Source: Guillardia theta CCMP2712
Lineage: Eukaryota > Protista > Cryptophyta
Assembly (NCBI RefSeq): GCF_000315625.1
Contig: NW_005434483.1
Span: 42,569 to 92,934 of the forward strand
Length of the DNA stretch: 50,366 bases
Reading direction: 5' to 3'
The notes beneath the pieces were generated by a model, which was given only the letters and a program-made list of their open reading frames with translations, was not told where the DNA came from and did no database searches. Made by a program: the position numbers and the translations under genes. Every line of letters starts with the position of its first letter. The first letter of the stretch is position 1. Shown here piece after piece: positions 28,101 to 40,760 of this stretch.

Positions 28101-29345
28101 ATGGGAGGGAAGAAGGCGAGGGAAGAGAGAGAGAAGGGGAAGGAGGAGGAGAGGGAGGAGAAGCGAGGAAGAGGTGAGAAGACCATCGTTCGAGCTCTCA
28201 CCTCTGACGGCCTCAAGTTCTTCGTTGAGGTGAAGGAACGTGCTCGTCCCCTCAAAGTATCGCACGTGGTGGAGGCTATCATGTTGGAGCATAGGAGGTT
28301 GACGAGCAAGCTTCAGCCCTCCTCCTCTCCTTCCAAGAACGTCCTGGTTGTTAAGACCAGCGGCGATTTCATCGTCTCCCAGGACATTTCGTTCGCCGGC
28401 GTTGCAGAGGCGAATGGATTCGAGGGCTGCTGTCCTACCTTGGCCATAGTGTTCCAAGAAGATGTGGAGTCGCTGGCGAGAGAGCATCAGGAGGACTTAA
28501 TGGCTGTGGTGAAGAGACTTGAGCTGAACAGCTCAGAAGGACGACTGCTCTACACTGCTTCCTCGCATACCTCCATCGTCCCTGCTAGCTCGGCCGCTAC
28601 GTTAGCCCCCAAGAAGTCGGCGGAGGTGAAGAGTGTGGTGGAGAGGCATGTGCCGAAGGAGGAGTGGAGGTCGCTTCCTCAAAGTCTGCAGCGGAAGATA
28701 GAGGAGCTGAAGGCAGAGGCCATGTTCAGCAGAGACATCGACCAGAGGGCCCTCAACAAACTAGTTCGCGTCCATCGCGCCATCGCATTCCGAGCCCTGG
28801 ACAAGTTTTGCTCGCATGCTGGCTCAGATCTGCCCAACAAGTCGAAGCTCCTGGTGGACCTGATCAATCAGTGTGAGAAGGAGAAGATCCTCAACAAGAG
28901 CGAGGAGGAGACCATGGAGGCCGGCGACAAGAGAGGCATCGTACACATCTCCTCCTCCTCCTCCTCCTCCTCCTCCTCCTCCTCCTCCTCCACTTCCTCC
29001 ACGGCCTCTGCTGCCGATCGCCCTGGTGGAGCGAAGAAACAAAAGAGCGACAAGGAAGCGAGAGGACAGGAGGCGTTGAACGTCAGAGAAGCGGGGAAGG
29101 GGAAGGGGAACGTGAAAACTGACGTTAGCAAACCTGCACAGCCGCTGAAACCTCCCAAGTCGAAGAAAGGGGAGGAAGACGCCCCGCAAAAAGTTGCAGG
29201 AAAACAAACGAAACAAGACATTGCTGTTGAGAGCAAGCTGAAAGCAAATGATATTGAGGAGGAAGACGAGTCGGAGGAGGCGGAGGGAGAGGAGGACGAA
29301 GGAGTGTCGGAGGATGAGGACGAATCGGAGGAGGAGGAGGTTGGA

Positions 29346-29380
<35 letters not shown>

Positions 29381-29387
29381 AGAGGAA

Positions 29388-29423
<36 letters not shown>

Positions 29424-31149
29424 GATGTTGGTGATAAGGAAGAGGACGAAGAAGAGGTAGGAGAAGAGGAGGAGGAGGACGAGGACGACGAAGAGGATAC
29501 AAAGAAACCAGCCAAGAATGCGAAATCGAATAAAGTCGTAGCGCAAGGAAAGGAAGCAAGAGCAATACACGTCAAGTCGAAGGGTAAAAACAAATCTGAA
29601 GAGGAAGAGAAAGAGGAGATTGAAGTTGAGGAAGCAGAGCAAGAAGAGGATCAGGAAGATGACGTTGAAGTCGACGGCGACGGGGACGACGAGGATGATG
29701 AAAACAAGGTGATGTAGGATAGAAACAGGACGAGAGAGGTGTGCACGTGTGTTGTTGACTTGATACGCAGAAACACGACGATGAAAAGCCAAGAGTTGCA
29801 CCGAGACGAAAGGAAATTCATCAAGGCAAAGGTTCAAAGCGACCCCTCAACGATGATGACGAGGATGATCATGATGAGGACGAGGATGCAGGGACAGCCA
29901 ACGAGGATGTGGATGAAGATGCGACGACAGACGGGGAGGGGGAGGACGATAAAGTTTCTTCTTCCAAACAGAAACCTAAGGAAGTTCATGAGGTCACCAA
30001 CAAAGGGAGAAGCGCTAGCGAGCGCAAGGGCAAGCAGGAGGGGGAGGGACAGGCGAACAAGATGCGGGGAACGAGGAAGAAGGCTCAAGGCGAGGACGAG
30101 GCTGCTGTCCAAGAGGAGCATTCAGGAGAAGACGAGGAGGAGAAGAAGCTGATCGCGGTCAAGCAGCAGCTGCAGGAGAAAGTGAGAGAGATGGAGACTG
30201 AGGAGAAGGAGGGAACGATGGATCGAAGTATGGGGGGCAAGAACAAGAACGAGAACGAGCTGCCTGCTGCAGTGCAGCATGAGCTGCACGACGCAGTGAG
30301 AGGAGGAAGGTTCCGAGAGTCAAGGATCAACAAGGTGTCTCTGTCATTCTTCAAGTCGCTCTCCCCTGCCGACGCCTCGAGGGTCTGCAAGATGATCAAG
30401 GAGGTGGAGCCGCGCAAGTACTCCAACGTGAACTTCTGCATCAACGACATCATGAGCAAGATGCGGCCGAGCGGAGCAGGCGAGAAACCTGAGGCGGCAG
30501 AGAGCAAAAAAGCTCGCAAGGTGGAGGTGATCAAAGTGCGTGCGGAGGAGTCGGAGGAGTCAGAGGAGTCGTCCAGCGAGAATGAGGAGGCCGAGGGAAG
30601 GGAGAAGCTTGCGGGACGAGGTACCTTGCTCTCCTGCCTCGATGCGACTCTGACTCTGATTAGCTCGCGCTGCGACAGATGGAGCTGACAAAGAGGAGGA
30701 GAAGGAGGAGGACGACGAGAAGGATGAGGAGAAGGATGAGGAGGGCAAGGAGGAGAAAGGCCAAAGCAGCGACGACGACAGCGACGAGGGACTGGAAAGG
30801 TTCGCAGCTCGACCGGTCGAAGTGAAGGAAACTCCGATGAGGAAGGAGAAGACGACCTCGCCCTTCGCTACCCCTGCCTCTCAGGTACGAACTTTTCTCT
30901 CGTCGCAACCCCTCAGAACCTCCTCCCTCTCTTTGCCTCCCCCTCTCCTCCCCTGCCCTTGTTCCTCACACAGAGAGGCAGATCAAGGAGGCGAAGCCGA
31001 GCACGAGCAAGAAGGCGCATCACACCTTCGAGTCGTCCATCAACTCGGGTGTCATCTACTCTGCCTTCTCCGATGGCTCTGCGACCTCCAAGAGCACGTC
31101 GAGGTCCAAGAGGTCCACGCGAGGAATTGACAAGGCAGGGAAGAAGTGA
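28101..31149 (+). CDS. Large Asp/Glu/Lys-rich protein with two hnRNP-Q acidic-domain (AcD/NURR)-like helical domains
   Basis: LPQSLQRKIEEL...DIDQRALNKL...ALDKF...DLPNKSKLLVDLI and LPAAVQHELHD...INKVSLSFF...YSNVNFCINDIM resemble the hnRNP Q/R N-terminal domain. Long acidic tracts. Stop at 31147-31149. Confidence 0.6.
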
Positions 31150-31177
31150 AGCGATCAAGTCTCTTCATGTCAAGACA

Positions 31178-32229
31178 TCACGGGAAGAAGATCAAGCACA
31201 AGGCGATGAAGGTTCCGATCATGAAGAGCAGCCGAGAGAGAAACTCCTGCTGCGCTGCTTCCTGCTGCTCCAGCGCTGTTTGCGTGCCTCCGGGCACTGT
31301 TGAGTTGAAATTTTCTGTAAACCAGTCAAGGAAGAGAAGAGGGAAAGGGGGGGGGGGGGGAGAAGAGAAGTGGATAGGGAGGCCAGGCCGCTACCTTGCC
31401 GATGGTTTACACCTGCTTGCATCGCTGGCGCCTGCGCATGCGAGTGAGATGAAGCAGGAGGGTCACAAGTCGCAGACAAAAGCGAGTCCGAAGAGCGACG
31501 GAAACAAGCCCACGTTAGTGACGATCTGCGGGTAGCCGTTGCCCGGGGTGAAGGTGCCCTGCCAGCCCTGGAAGAACCCGCTCCTCTGAGGCTCCGGACG
31601 CTCCCCCGCCGGTCGTTGAGGGATGGACGGGTCCTCAGGGATGCAGTTCCTTACGATCCAGTCAGCTCAGATGTTGGGGAGGGGGAGGAAGAGAGCGAAG
31701 GAGGAGGAGCAGGCTTACCTTGGGTCGGTCTGAGAAGTCTCGCCCACGTAGAGGGGGATGACTTTGGCTTTGCTGACGTCACCGCCGGGGATCTCGATGC
31801 CGGCCTTGCACACGGGGCACTGAGAGTCGTCTCGATGAAGCATCAGCCACTTGTAGATGCACCCCCAGCTACCCACCAGGTCAGACTCACAGCAGAGAGA
31901 CAAGAGCAGCACCAGTACAAGTGACCGCAAACTGTCGCGATGGGCTTGTCCGGCGAGTTCAAGCAAATGTGGCAGATGAACCTTGACTGCCCCTCGCTCT
32001 CCCCTGCCGACGCCGACGCGCTTCTTGCTGGAGCCTTTCCTGCCCCCTCCTTGACGCTGTCGTCCATCTCCTCGCCATGCCGGTGGGAGAGACCTGGTGA
32101 TGAGTGATTGTGCAACGAGCTCGAAGAGCTCAGCACGTCCGCGGCTTCTCTCCCGCTCCTCTCTGAGCTCTCCATCATAAACCTGCCGCTTCGGTCAGCC
32201 CTTTGGACCATCCTGCGACTTTCTTCCAT
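31178..32229 (-). CDS. RNF5/RNF185/RMA1-like tail-anchored C3HC4 RING E3 ligase
   Basis: FICHICLNSPDKPIATVCGHLYC/WGCIYKW...CPVCKAGI...VIPLY, then IPQRPAGERPE, then a C-terminal TM segment FLSRLLFMIGTFIALCLIFFP*. Confidence 0.88.
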
Positions 32230-33029
32230 GACATGTCCATGAAATGCCTATCGTATCACGGTTGCCTGCTCCTTTCTCTGCCTGATCTATGAATGGTTTT
32301 GGAGTTGTTTGACAGCAGTTAGATTGATTGATACAGGTGCTACAAATGTTGTGATTCAAATCAGCCATTTGCAACAAGCAACAAGATCCCTCAGTATCCC
32401 GAGCTAGTCATCTTTTCAGACTCATGATGTTGTTCTGCAACTCTCAACGATATGATACATCTTCATCCTGTCTTCTCTGCTTTACTTGCTCTGCTAAGTT
32501 GCCTGGCGGTAATCGAGCGAATCATGCAACCCTTGAGGCACGACACTTCATCCTCATCATCTACTTGTGGCCCCTGTATGCAGCATTGATTGCATTCGAG
32601 AGTTACACATTCTATGACCTCATCATATCACTTGCTGGTTACCTTCTAAAGCGGTCCTTATTTCTCTCCTCCCTGTTGCACGACATCGCCTTGCAAGGCA
32701 TTTCCATCTCCTCTCTGACCGGCACCCTTCTCGTCTTCTTGCTCGCATCCCTCTCAGCTCTCTCCCTGATACTTCACATAGCCTGCATCTCTTAGCTCTC
32801 CTACTACTACTACTACTAGTCCTACTAGTCCTACTACTACTACTACTCCCCACCTCCTCCTCCTCCTCCTCCTCCTCCTACTCCTCCTCCTCCTCCTCCT
32901 CCTCCTACTACTCCTCCTATTCCTACTCCTTCGACTCGGACTCGACGTATTCCGCCTCCCTCTCGGGGGGGGCATCCCCCTACTGCTCGCCATGCAACAC
33001 CCCTAACTCTCGCTCCTACCTGAACTCCC

Positions 33030-33129
33030 NNNNNNNNNNNNNNNNNNNNNNNNNNNNNNNNNNNNNNNNNNNNNNNNNNNNNNNNNNNNNNNNNNNNNNN
33101 NNNNNNNNNNNNNNNNNNNNNNNNNNNNN
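33030..33129. other. Assembly gap (100 N)
   Basis: Run of N. Confidence 0.99.
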
Positions 33130-33540
33130 CCTCCCTTTGCTCTCCCCCCTTCCCCTTCTTTGATCGCCTTTGCGGCATCGCGACCCTCCCTGCCCCTACC
33201 CCCACCCCCCCACCCCCCTCTTCCCTAAATCGAAACCTGCCCTTTGATTCCTGGTACAATTCGGCCCACCCTACCCCCCCTGAAGAACATCCAAGGAAGC
33301 ATCACACGATCGTATTCACCGTCCACCCCCTTTCACCCACCACCCCACCTCCCCATACCACCCTGTTTACAGACTCTGTAGCCCTTCTTTCCGGAGGGGT
33401 AGGGGTACCCACCATGATGACAAGTTTTGAAGGGATGGGGCGATGGGGGGTAGGGTAGGCTGTGCTAGCTTTTAGTTTCGGTGAAGCCAGGGAGTCGGGA
33501 ACGTTGGAGAGGTCTGCCATCAGCAGCGGTTTCAGGCGCA

Positions 33541-36500
33541 ATGGGGGGGTGGAAGGAGGTGAGGGCATCGCTGCATGGCAACGAGCAGGCGATGCTGGAG
33601 GCGATGCTGTCGGCTGTGAGCATCAACCCCGACCAGCCTCTCTACCCCCTCCACTTCGCCTGCGCCAACGCTGACCTCGGGCTCGTCAAGAAGCTTCTCG
33701 AGTCTCGCAGCCAACAGGTCAACCAGCAGTTCGCCGACCTCCCCAACGGCTCTCGTCCCCTCCACTGGGCCGTGTGCTCCGGTAGCAGCGCCATCGTCCA
33801 GTACCTCCTCGCAAAGCATGCAGATGTTAACCAGCCCAACAAGAACGGCTCGACGCCTCTCCACCTCGCATGCCAGGGAGGCTCCGTCGAGATAGTCACT
33901 AGGTTAGTGCAGGCAGGGGGGAAGACGAGCGTGAGAGACAAGCACAACAAGCTGCCTCTCGACTACTGGATGAAACATGGCGAGCCATCAGCAAGATCCG
34001 CTGAAGCAGCCTGGAAGAGTTTGCAGACGCTCCTGGCAGACGACTCGTCACACCAGCAGTACAAGGCAGAGAAGTTGAAGGAGACGATCTCGGATGCCTA
34101 CGATCAGCTTCAGGAGGAGGCTGCTCGCTCGGTTGAGCTGCGTGACAGTCCTGACTTCCTCTCCCCTTCTTCCTCTCCTCCTCCTCCGGCACGAGACAAG
34201 ACGAAGATTCACTTTCAGGTGGGGCACAGGGTCTTCTCCTCATCCAGGCACGTCTTGATGCGGCACAGGAGCTCGAAGCTCACGAGCCTGGTAGAGCAGG
34301 CAGAGACTGAAGCATGCGAGAGCCCGCGCTTGACTCCCACTGCTGGACTGCATGGCGCGTTCCCGGAGAGGGACGGAGAGCTCTTTGGCAAGATCCTCAC
34401 CTTCCTCGAGAGCGGGCGGGCGCCGCACATGAGGAGTGAGAGGGAATGCAGGCAGGTGATGAGGGAAGCGAGCTTCTTCGACCTCCCTGCCCTTGTCAAG
34501 CTGTGCGAGAAGATCCTTGAGCAGTGGCACTTCCGTAAGGTCACCCCCGGCTGCTCCCTCGCCCTCGCCATCGACGAGGCAAAGGACGGCGAAACTCTCT
34601 TGCTCGCTGCTGGTCACTACAAAGAGAATCTTGTGCTAAGAAAGAGCGTCACGTTGAGAGGAGAAACGCAGCTCAGGTAGATCCTTCGCTTGCCTCTCCT
34701 CCCCCTCCGTGATTCCTAACCCCCTCTGCTCTCGAGCTCCGTCCTCCTGCACTTCATCGTTCGTTTCTGTTCTCTCCTCCCTTGCTGACTGCATCGCTCG
34801 CAAGGGATCATGCTGATTCGATGCTCGGCTCGAGAAGTCTGCATGGTGCCTACCACGGCGACCCTCTTCACCACAAGTTTGTTGTGCTGCCGGCCGACGT
34901 GCAAGGGGAAGGGAACGATGGGAATGGACTACAACGGAGGATGCGAGGAAGAGCAGAGGAGATCTGCAGTCGAGCGGAGTTCATTGGAGCACGGGAGGAT
35001 GACGGGAGAGAGTTCTGCTGCCTCGGCCATGTTGTGATCAGCGCGAGAGAGCCCGACCGGCCGGTCATGGTGATCGAGGAGGGATCTGTGCTGGTGTCCG
35101 ACCTCATCCTGCTGCGTGCCGACGAGGATTCGTCGAGTCTCTCTCCTCCCTCCTCTACCATCCTCGTGCAGAGCAAGGGTCTGCTCCTCATGGAAAAGTG
35201 CCTGGTGGAAAGCCAGGTCAACTCCTCCCCCTCCTCTCTTCCTCCCCCTCAGCTGCCCGCTGCCTCTCCCACCCTCTCACATGTTATGCGAGCCAACAGG
35301 GGGACGTCGCTCTTGAAGTCAGGGGGGGCGGAAGAGCCAACGTGAAAGAGGTGACAAGCTGCATCTTTGTCGCTCGTCCTGCTGACCCTCCACCTCCTCT
35401 CCCCTCTCTCAGTCTCACCTCTCCTCCGGCGTCTCTTGCCTTGGCAGCCTCACGCTTGACGACTGCAGAGTCGCGGGAGGATGCGGAGTGACGGTGGCAG
35501 GAGAAGGAGACGCGTCAGTTAGGAAGACTCGAGTGACAGGAGCGAAGGAGTTTGGCATTTACGTGAAGGTGAGGAGGAGGCGGCGGTGGGGTTGGAGGTT
35601 GACGGGAAGGAGGAGGGGGATGGGAAGGGCGTCTGGGAGGGGCTGAGATTAAGGGCCTGGCAGGACGAGGGGAGTGGAACTTTCAGTGCAAACGAAGTGT
35701 CAGGATGTGGACGATCGGGGGTGGCCATCGCAAGCAGAAGCAAAGAATGCAGCCTGAGGATCAACAAGTCGTTTGAGAACAGAGAAGCCGGTGCCTCTCA
35801 TCATCGCTGCTTCTTACTCCCCTTCCATCCTCCCTTCTCCCCTCTCTTCCTCCCCCCCACCTCCTGCACCTCGTGGCGCATCTCATCTTGTCTAGGTGTG
35901 CTTGTCTTCAACGGGGCATCCCCAACCATCTCAGGGGGGCAGCTCTACAGGAACCAGGTGTCGCTTGCTGCTCCTTGGAAGCTGCTGCTAACGCAAACCC
36001 CTCGCTCCTTGCCAGCACGCGGGTCTCGTCAGCATTGCTTCCTCCCCGATCCTCTCGGCCTGTGAGGTCTGGGAGAACTTGGGGTGTGGAGTCTTGTTCG
36101 ATCGAGGGAGGTGAAGCAGGAGGACGAGGCGGCGAGTCCTTGACCTTCCCAGCAGCAGCGGAATGATGAGACAGTGTGATGTGAGTAGAAACCACAAGAG
36201 CGGGATCCTTGTGAGGAACCTCTCGAGGTGAGCGAGACCTAGACTGAGGCTCTCCTTGCCCTCCTTCCCTCCCTCTTGTTGCAGAGCACGTGAAGCTTGC
36301 GCAGCACGAGCATCGAGGACTGCAACATCAGCCATGGCCTTCACTGCGGAGTCGTCGTCACTGATCGCTCATCTCCCTTACTCTCCGACTGTCACATCCT
36401 CGCCAACCGCCGCGTTGGCTTCGCAGTCGGCAAGCGATCTCGCCCCGTCGCCTCGAGGTAGGGGCTCGAGGCGGGCTCGGCTTGGAGCTTGTGACGGGCG

Positions 36501-37889
36501 GTGGGTCAGGTGTGTCATGGAGGAGAACAGCATCGGCCTCTGCGTGTTTGACCAGTCGGGCGGAAAGTTTGCAGATTGTCGCGTCACGAGGAACAGAGGA
36601 GTGCAGGTCCCAAGTCTTGAGCTCCCCCTCCTCTCACCTGCTCCTCCTCTCAGGTTCAGGTCACTCGCTGTCGGCTAGACGGCCCTCTCTTCACCTCCTG
36701 CCTTGTCACTGGGGGTCCGTCCTGCGGCTTCTTGATCAGAGGAGCTGAGAGTAAGCTGGAGGACTGCGAGGTGTCTTCGCAGGCTTCCTTTGGGCTCCTA
36801 GCCGAGGGCGACGCGACACGAGTCAAGTGCGACAAGTGCAGGATAAGCGACAACGGGGGGGGGGGGGTCTGCGCGCTGGACGAGGCGAAGCTCGAGCTGA
36901 CTAGGAGCAGCGTCGCTGACAACAAGGAGGTGGGGGCCTGCTGCAAGGCTGCTGCCTGCCTCGAGGTCACCAGCTGCTCCTTGGAGCGAAACGTCGGGCC
37001 GGGGGTCTGGTTCGCGGGGGGGGGGACGGGGATGGTGGAGAAGAGCGAAGTGCGGGGGAGCCATGGCTTCAACGTGGTCTGCGACAGCTCCTCTGCCACC
37101 GTCAGAGAGTGTCAGGTGGTGGCCGGGAAGGAGGGAGGAGTGCTTTGCTCCGGAGGAGGAGGAGGCGTCTTCTCGCGCAACAGCATCTCAGGGAATCGTC
37201 CGGCTGGCTTCATCGTGAGCAAGGGATGTAACCCGTCCGTGTTTCACAACTCAATCGTTCGCAACGAGCCCTACGGCATCTTCGTGCTCGAGGGAGGACT
37301 AGGTCACGTGTATGCTAACGTGCTCGAGGAGAACGAAATGGCGCCTGTGCTCCTGCATGGTACTGCGAGGAGTGTGGTCGCCGACAACAACATCGCAGGA
37401 GGAGCCAACGGGGTTCTCGTTTGCTGGTCCGATGGCGAAAACAAAATCCGCAACGTTTCGTCCCTCGAGATGCAGAGAGTTGGATTCGGCCAACCAAGTA
37501 TGGACATGCCGGTAAGGAGACATTTAAGGCAAGAAAGATGAGAGATGAGAGATGAGAGTTGGTGCGGAGTGATCAGGTGTGACGAGCTTGCAGACTGTGA
37601 GAGAGAGGCTGTTGGACCTCAAGGACGTCTCCATCAAGGAGATGCTCGCCTCTCTCCGAGCCCTTCAGTCCGACCAGCAGGTACCGAGTCAGCTCTCACG
37701 GGCTACACGGGTGACGACAGGCGATGGCAGAGCAGGAGGAGTTCTCAAGCTCAAGCTACTGAGGGCGCGCAAGAGTCGCTTCCTGACAGGCGCAGCCAGC
37801 CTCAGGTGTCTGAAGCCCTGGAGGACTGCATCGATGACGCTGCTCCTGCTAATGAGGTATCACGGCCCGGTGCCTCGAGGCCCGAGTGA
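33541..37889 (+). CDS. Ankyrin repeat + KCTD-type BTB + right-handed beta-helix (PbH1/CASH) protein; 3' end approximate
   Basis: Ankyrin motifs PLHFAC, PLHWAV and TPLHLAC. BTB motifs IHFQVGHRVFSSSRHVL...ERDGELFGKILTFL...EASFFDLPAL. Beta-helix start LAAGHYKENLVLRKSVTLRG followed by many N-x-x-x-G turns. Confidence 0.8.
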
Positions 37890-38220
37890 CTCACGCCTGA
37901 CCTTCAACGGTCGTAGGTTTGGATGCCACATGCTGCCGCCGCAAGCGGCGGACCATCGGACCGGGCCGGGCCCCCTTATGACACGAGTCCCGACTCGGAC
38001 GATGCGGCCGCGCAGAACACTAAGGAGACTTGAGTACTAAATCACCAGCATAACGTCACTGAGTGCCCAACACTGCAAAGATAACGACCATAACCGAACT
38101 CTGATTCCTCTCGTCCACCAGTCACTGTCAGTACTAGTGACTTGACTCGATGTCGGAAACTTTGAAGCCAGAAGTTCAGTTTTAACTCAACGGTTGTCTC
38201 GGTCTGCGCCGGTCCAGTCA
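37860..38220. other. GC/palindrome-word island 6
   Basis: GAGTGACTC, CCGG, AGTACT, CTGAG and AAGTT words at a gene boundary. Confidence 0.5.
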
Positions 38221-38519
38221 GCACTTACACGAGGCGCCACCAGGACAATTAGCTAGCTTGACAGCTGTAACAACCCTCTCTGCAACCCTGTGCAATGCCT
38301 GGCAGCGCGAAGAAGAGAGAGGAGGAAGAAGAGGAAGAGGAAAAGAGAGAAGACAAGACAAGGGGAAGGAGAGAAGACAAGACAAGACAAGACAAGACAA
38401 GAAGAAGAGAAGAGAAGAGAGAGAAGAGAAAGGACACAAGAGAAGAGGAAGAAGGGGATGGTAGACGATGTTTGTAAGCTCGTGACGTATCGTCAGACAG
38501 GAAGGATTGAGACGCGGGG

Positions 38520-40699
38520 ATGAAGGTCTGGCATGTTGCCCTACTAGTGTCGACGCTCTGGCTGTATGCGGAAGGCTTCACTTTCCTGTCCCCTCTCAGC
38601 CTCGGCATCTCGCGTCCTCAAAGAGGATTGAGTCGCTGCCAAAGAGCCCCGGGTGGCTCCTGGACGCGAGGAGGGAGAAGCAGACTTCACGCTTCGAGCA
38701 GAGGAGCCTTGGGAGTCTTTTCCGAGCCAGACCCTCCACCTGAGAACATCCTCAAGGCAGTAGATAGAGCAGGAGGAAGAGTTACGGTTGCCGATGTCGC
38801 AACTTCTGCTGGAGTGTCGTTGAACGAGGCCAAGAAGCAGGTGAGAACACCGAGAGTCTGCTTCTGTCCTCTCACTCTTGTCTAGCTCAACGTGCTAGCT
38901 CAACTTGCCGACGGGAACCTGGAGGTTCGCAAGGGCCCAAGGAGATTCCAAGACGTGAGCTTTATTCGCAGGTGTCCAAAGACGGCGAGCTCGTCTACGT
39001 GTTCTCGGCAGGGTTCAGAAATGAGCTGCTATCTCGCTCAGCCAAAAAGAGAATCCAACAAGGATGGGACAAGGTGCCTTGTTGCAACATGTGAGTCGCA
39101 CTGAAACTACTCAGGTTGCCCCAATCTTATTCTACATGGTCAAAGTTTCGTTTGGGATTGCGCTGATCTCTTCCATTGCTCTCATCTTCACTGCCATCCT
39201 TGTGCTGCAATCATCTTCTCGAGATGATCGAGATGATCGTCGAGGTTTGTTGTGAGACGGGTGCAGACAGGAGTAACGAGGATGTAGGATACTCGTCAGG
39301 CGGAGGTTTCAGCTTCTACATGGGCCCTTCCTACTGGTGGGGACCTTCGCCCTTTGACATCTTTTACTTCAGCTCGTCTTCTCCGTACGGGGTCAACCGA
39401 TACGACAACCCTTCGCAGCTTTCTTTCCTCGAGTCAGTCTTCTCGTTCCTCTTTGGTGATGGCAATCCAAACGCAAATTTCGAGCAGCGGAGGTATAAAG
39501 CCCTAGCCAACTTGATCCGAGCCAAGGGTGGAGTTGTGACAGCAGAGGAAGTGGCTGGATACCTTGATCCTCCCGCTGAGCCCGACGAGGACAAGCTGGT
39601 TGATGAATCCTTCGTCCTTCCTGCTCTCACTCAGCTGGGGGGGATGCCGGAAGTGACTGAGAGTGGCGACATCGTGTATGTGTTCGAGGATCTTCAGTTG
39701 TCAGCAGCGGCAGCAAACGACCAGGGGTGGGAGAAGCTTTCCTTGCAAGAGCTGACGAAGCTCGCGAAGAGCGAAGGCATCTCGACAAGAGGGGTCTACG
39801 AGAAGGATGACCTGCTGGCGGTCATCCGAGCAGCTCGAGAGACGAGAAGCGTAAAGAGCAATCAGGAAGGAGATCGGGTTGCGACTTATCTCGACGAGAA
39901 GCCCTTCCAGTTTAGCTTGGCGACGTCAGGGCAGGTGAGGAAGAGGGATGCGAAAGCTCTTACTGAAGGGTTGGGAAGCAACTGGCGGTCGGAGCTCTAG
40001 CGGCTGTCAATCTGTTCGGGGCTCTCTACCTAGGTGAGAGGAGAGGTCGACAACTTGAGTCAAGTTGCTGCCAGGGAACCTCTTTGCGTCGCCCTACCTT
40101 GTTGGACGAGAGCTGATCGGTCTGCTGGGATTCGTCAAGGCGATTTACCCCTTGCTGGTGCTTCCTCTAGAGCTTGAGATCTCAGTCGCTGATGCTGCGC
40201 TAGCTTGCTTACGGAGTCGCTTTCGTGGCTGTACCGGCTGCTCGATACTTGAAGCTGCAGGCAAGTATGACAGGTGGTAGATGATGTAGGAGGGGAAAGA
40301 AAGTGAAAGAGATCCATCAAGGAAAGCGCTGGGAGGAGGACAAGTGGACTAGCGCTGATGGTGATGCAGGCTGATAATCGTAAGATCGAGAAGAGAAACC
40401 GTCTTCGCGCTCTTTGGGCCTTCGCATTGCGCAAGGTTGGAGAAACATATGCTGTGGCAGAGAAAGTTTACGAGCATGGCAGGGAGGCCGAAACCTCGAG
40501 AGGAAACTGACAGAGGCGAGGAAGAGGTCACAAGGCGTGAAGTTGATAAAGGAACAAGACATCGAGTACACTACAGGAAAGAGCATCGAAGAACAAGGTG
40601 CTGATATAAGCTTGATGTTGACAAGCTTTGATGTGCGAGTGAGCAGGCCTCGACCTCAAGGCATGGGATGCCAAGTATCTCAACAAGGATGAGAAATGA
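38520..40699 (+). CDS. Plastid-targeted At5g03900-like membrane protein (multi-exon)
   Basis: Signal peptide ...YAEG|F. Segments AVDRAGGRVTVADVATSAG...LEVSKDGELVYVF, FLESVFSFLFGDGNPN and GGMPEVTESGDIVYVF match my recollection of this cyanobacterial/plastid family. Confidence 0.8.
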
Positions 40700-40760
40700 C
40701 GTGTCTCATCGGCAACAAGTCAGTCTCCACTACTCCTTCGCTCACTCTGTCGCTCTTATA

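Noticed and set aside
32380-32800. ORF 32424-32795, or extra upstream exons of the RING gene
   Set aside because: No phase-consistent, supported model could be built, and the region lies next to low-complexity DNA and a gap.
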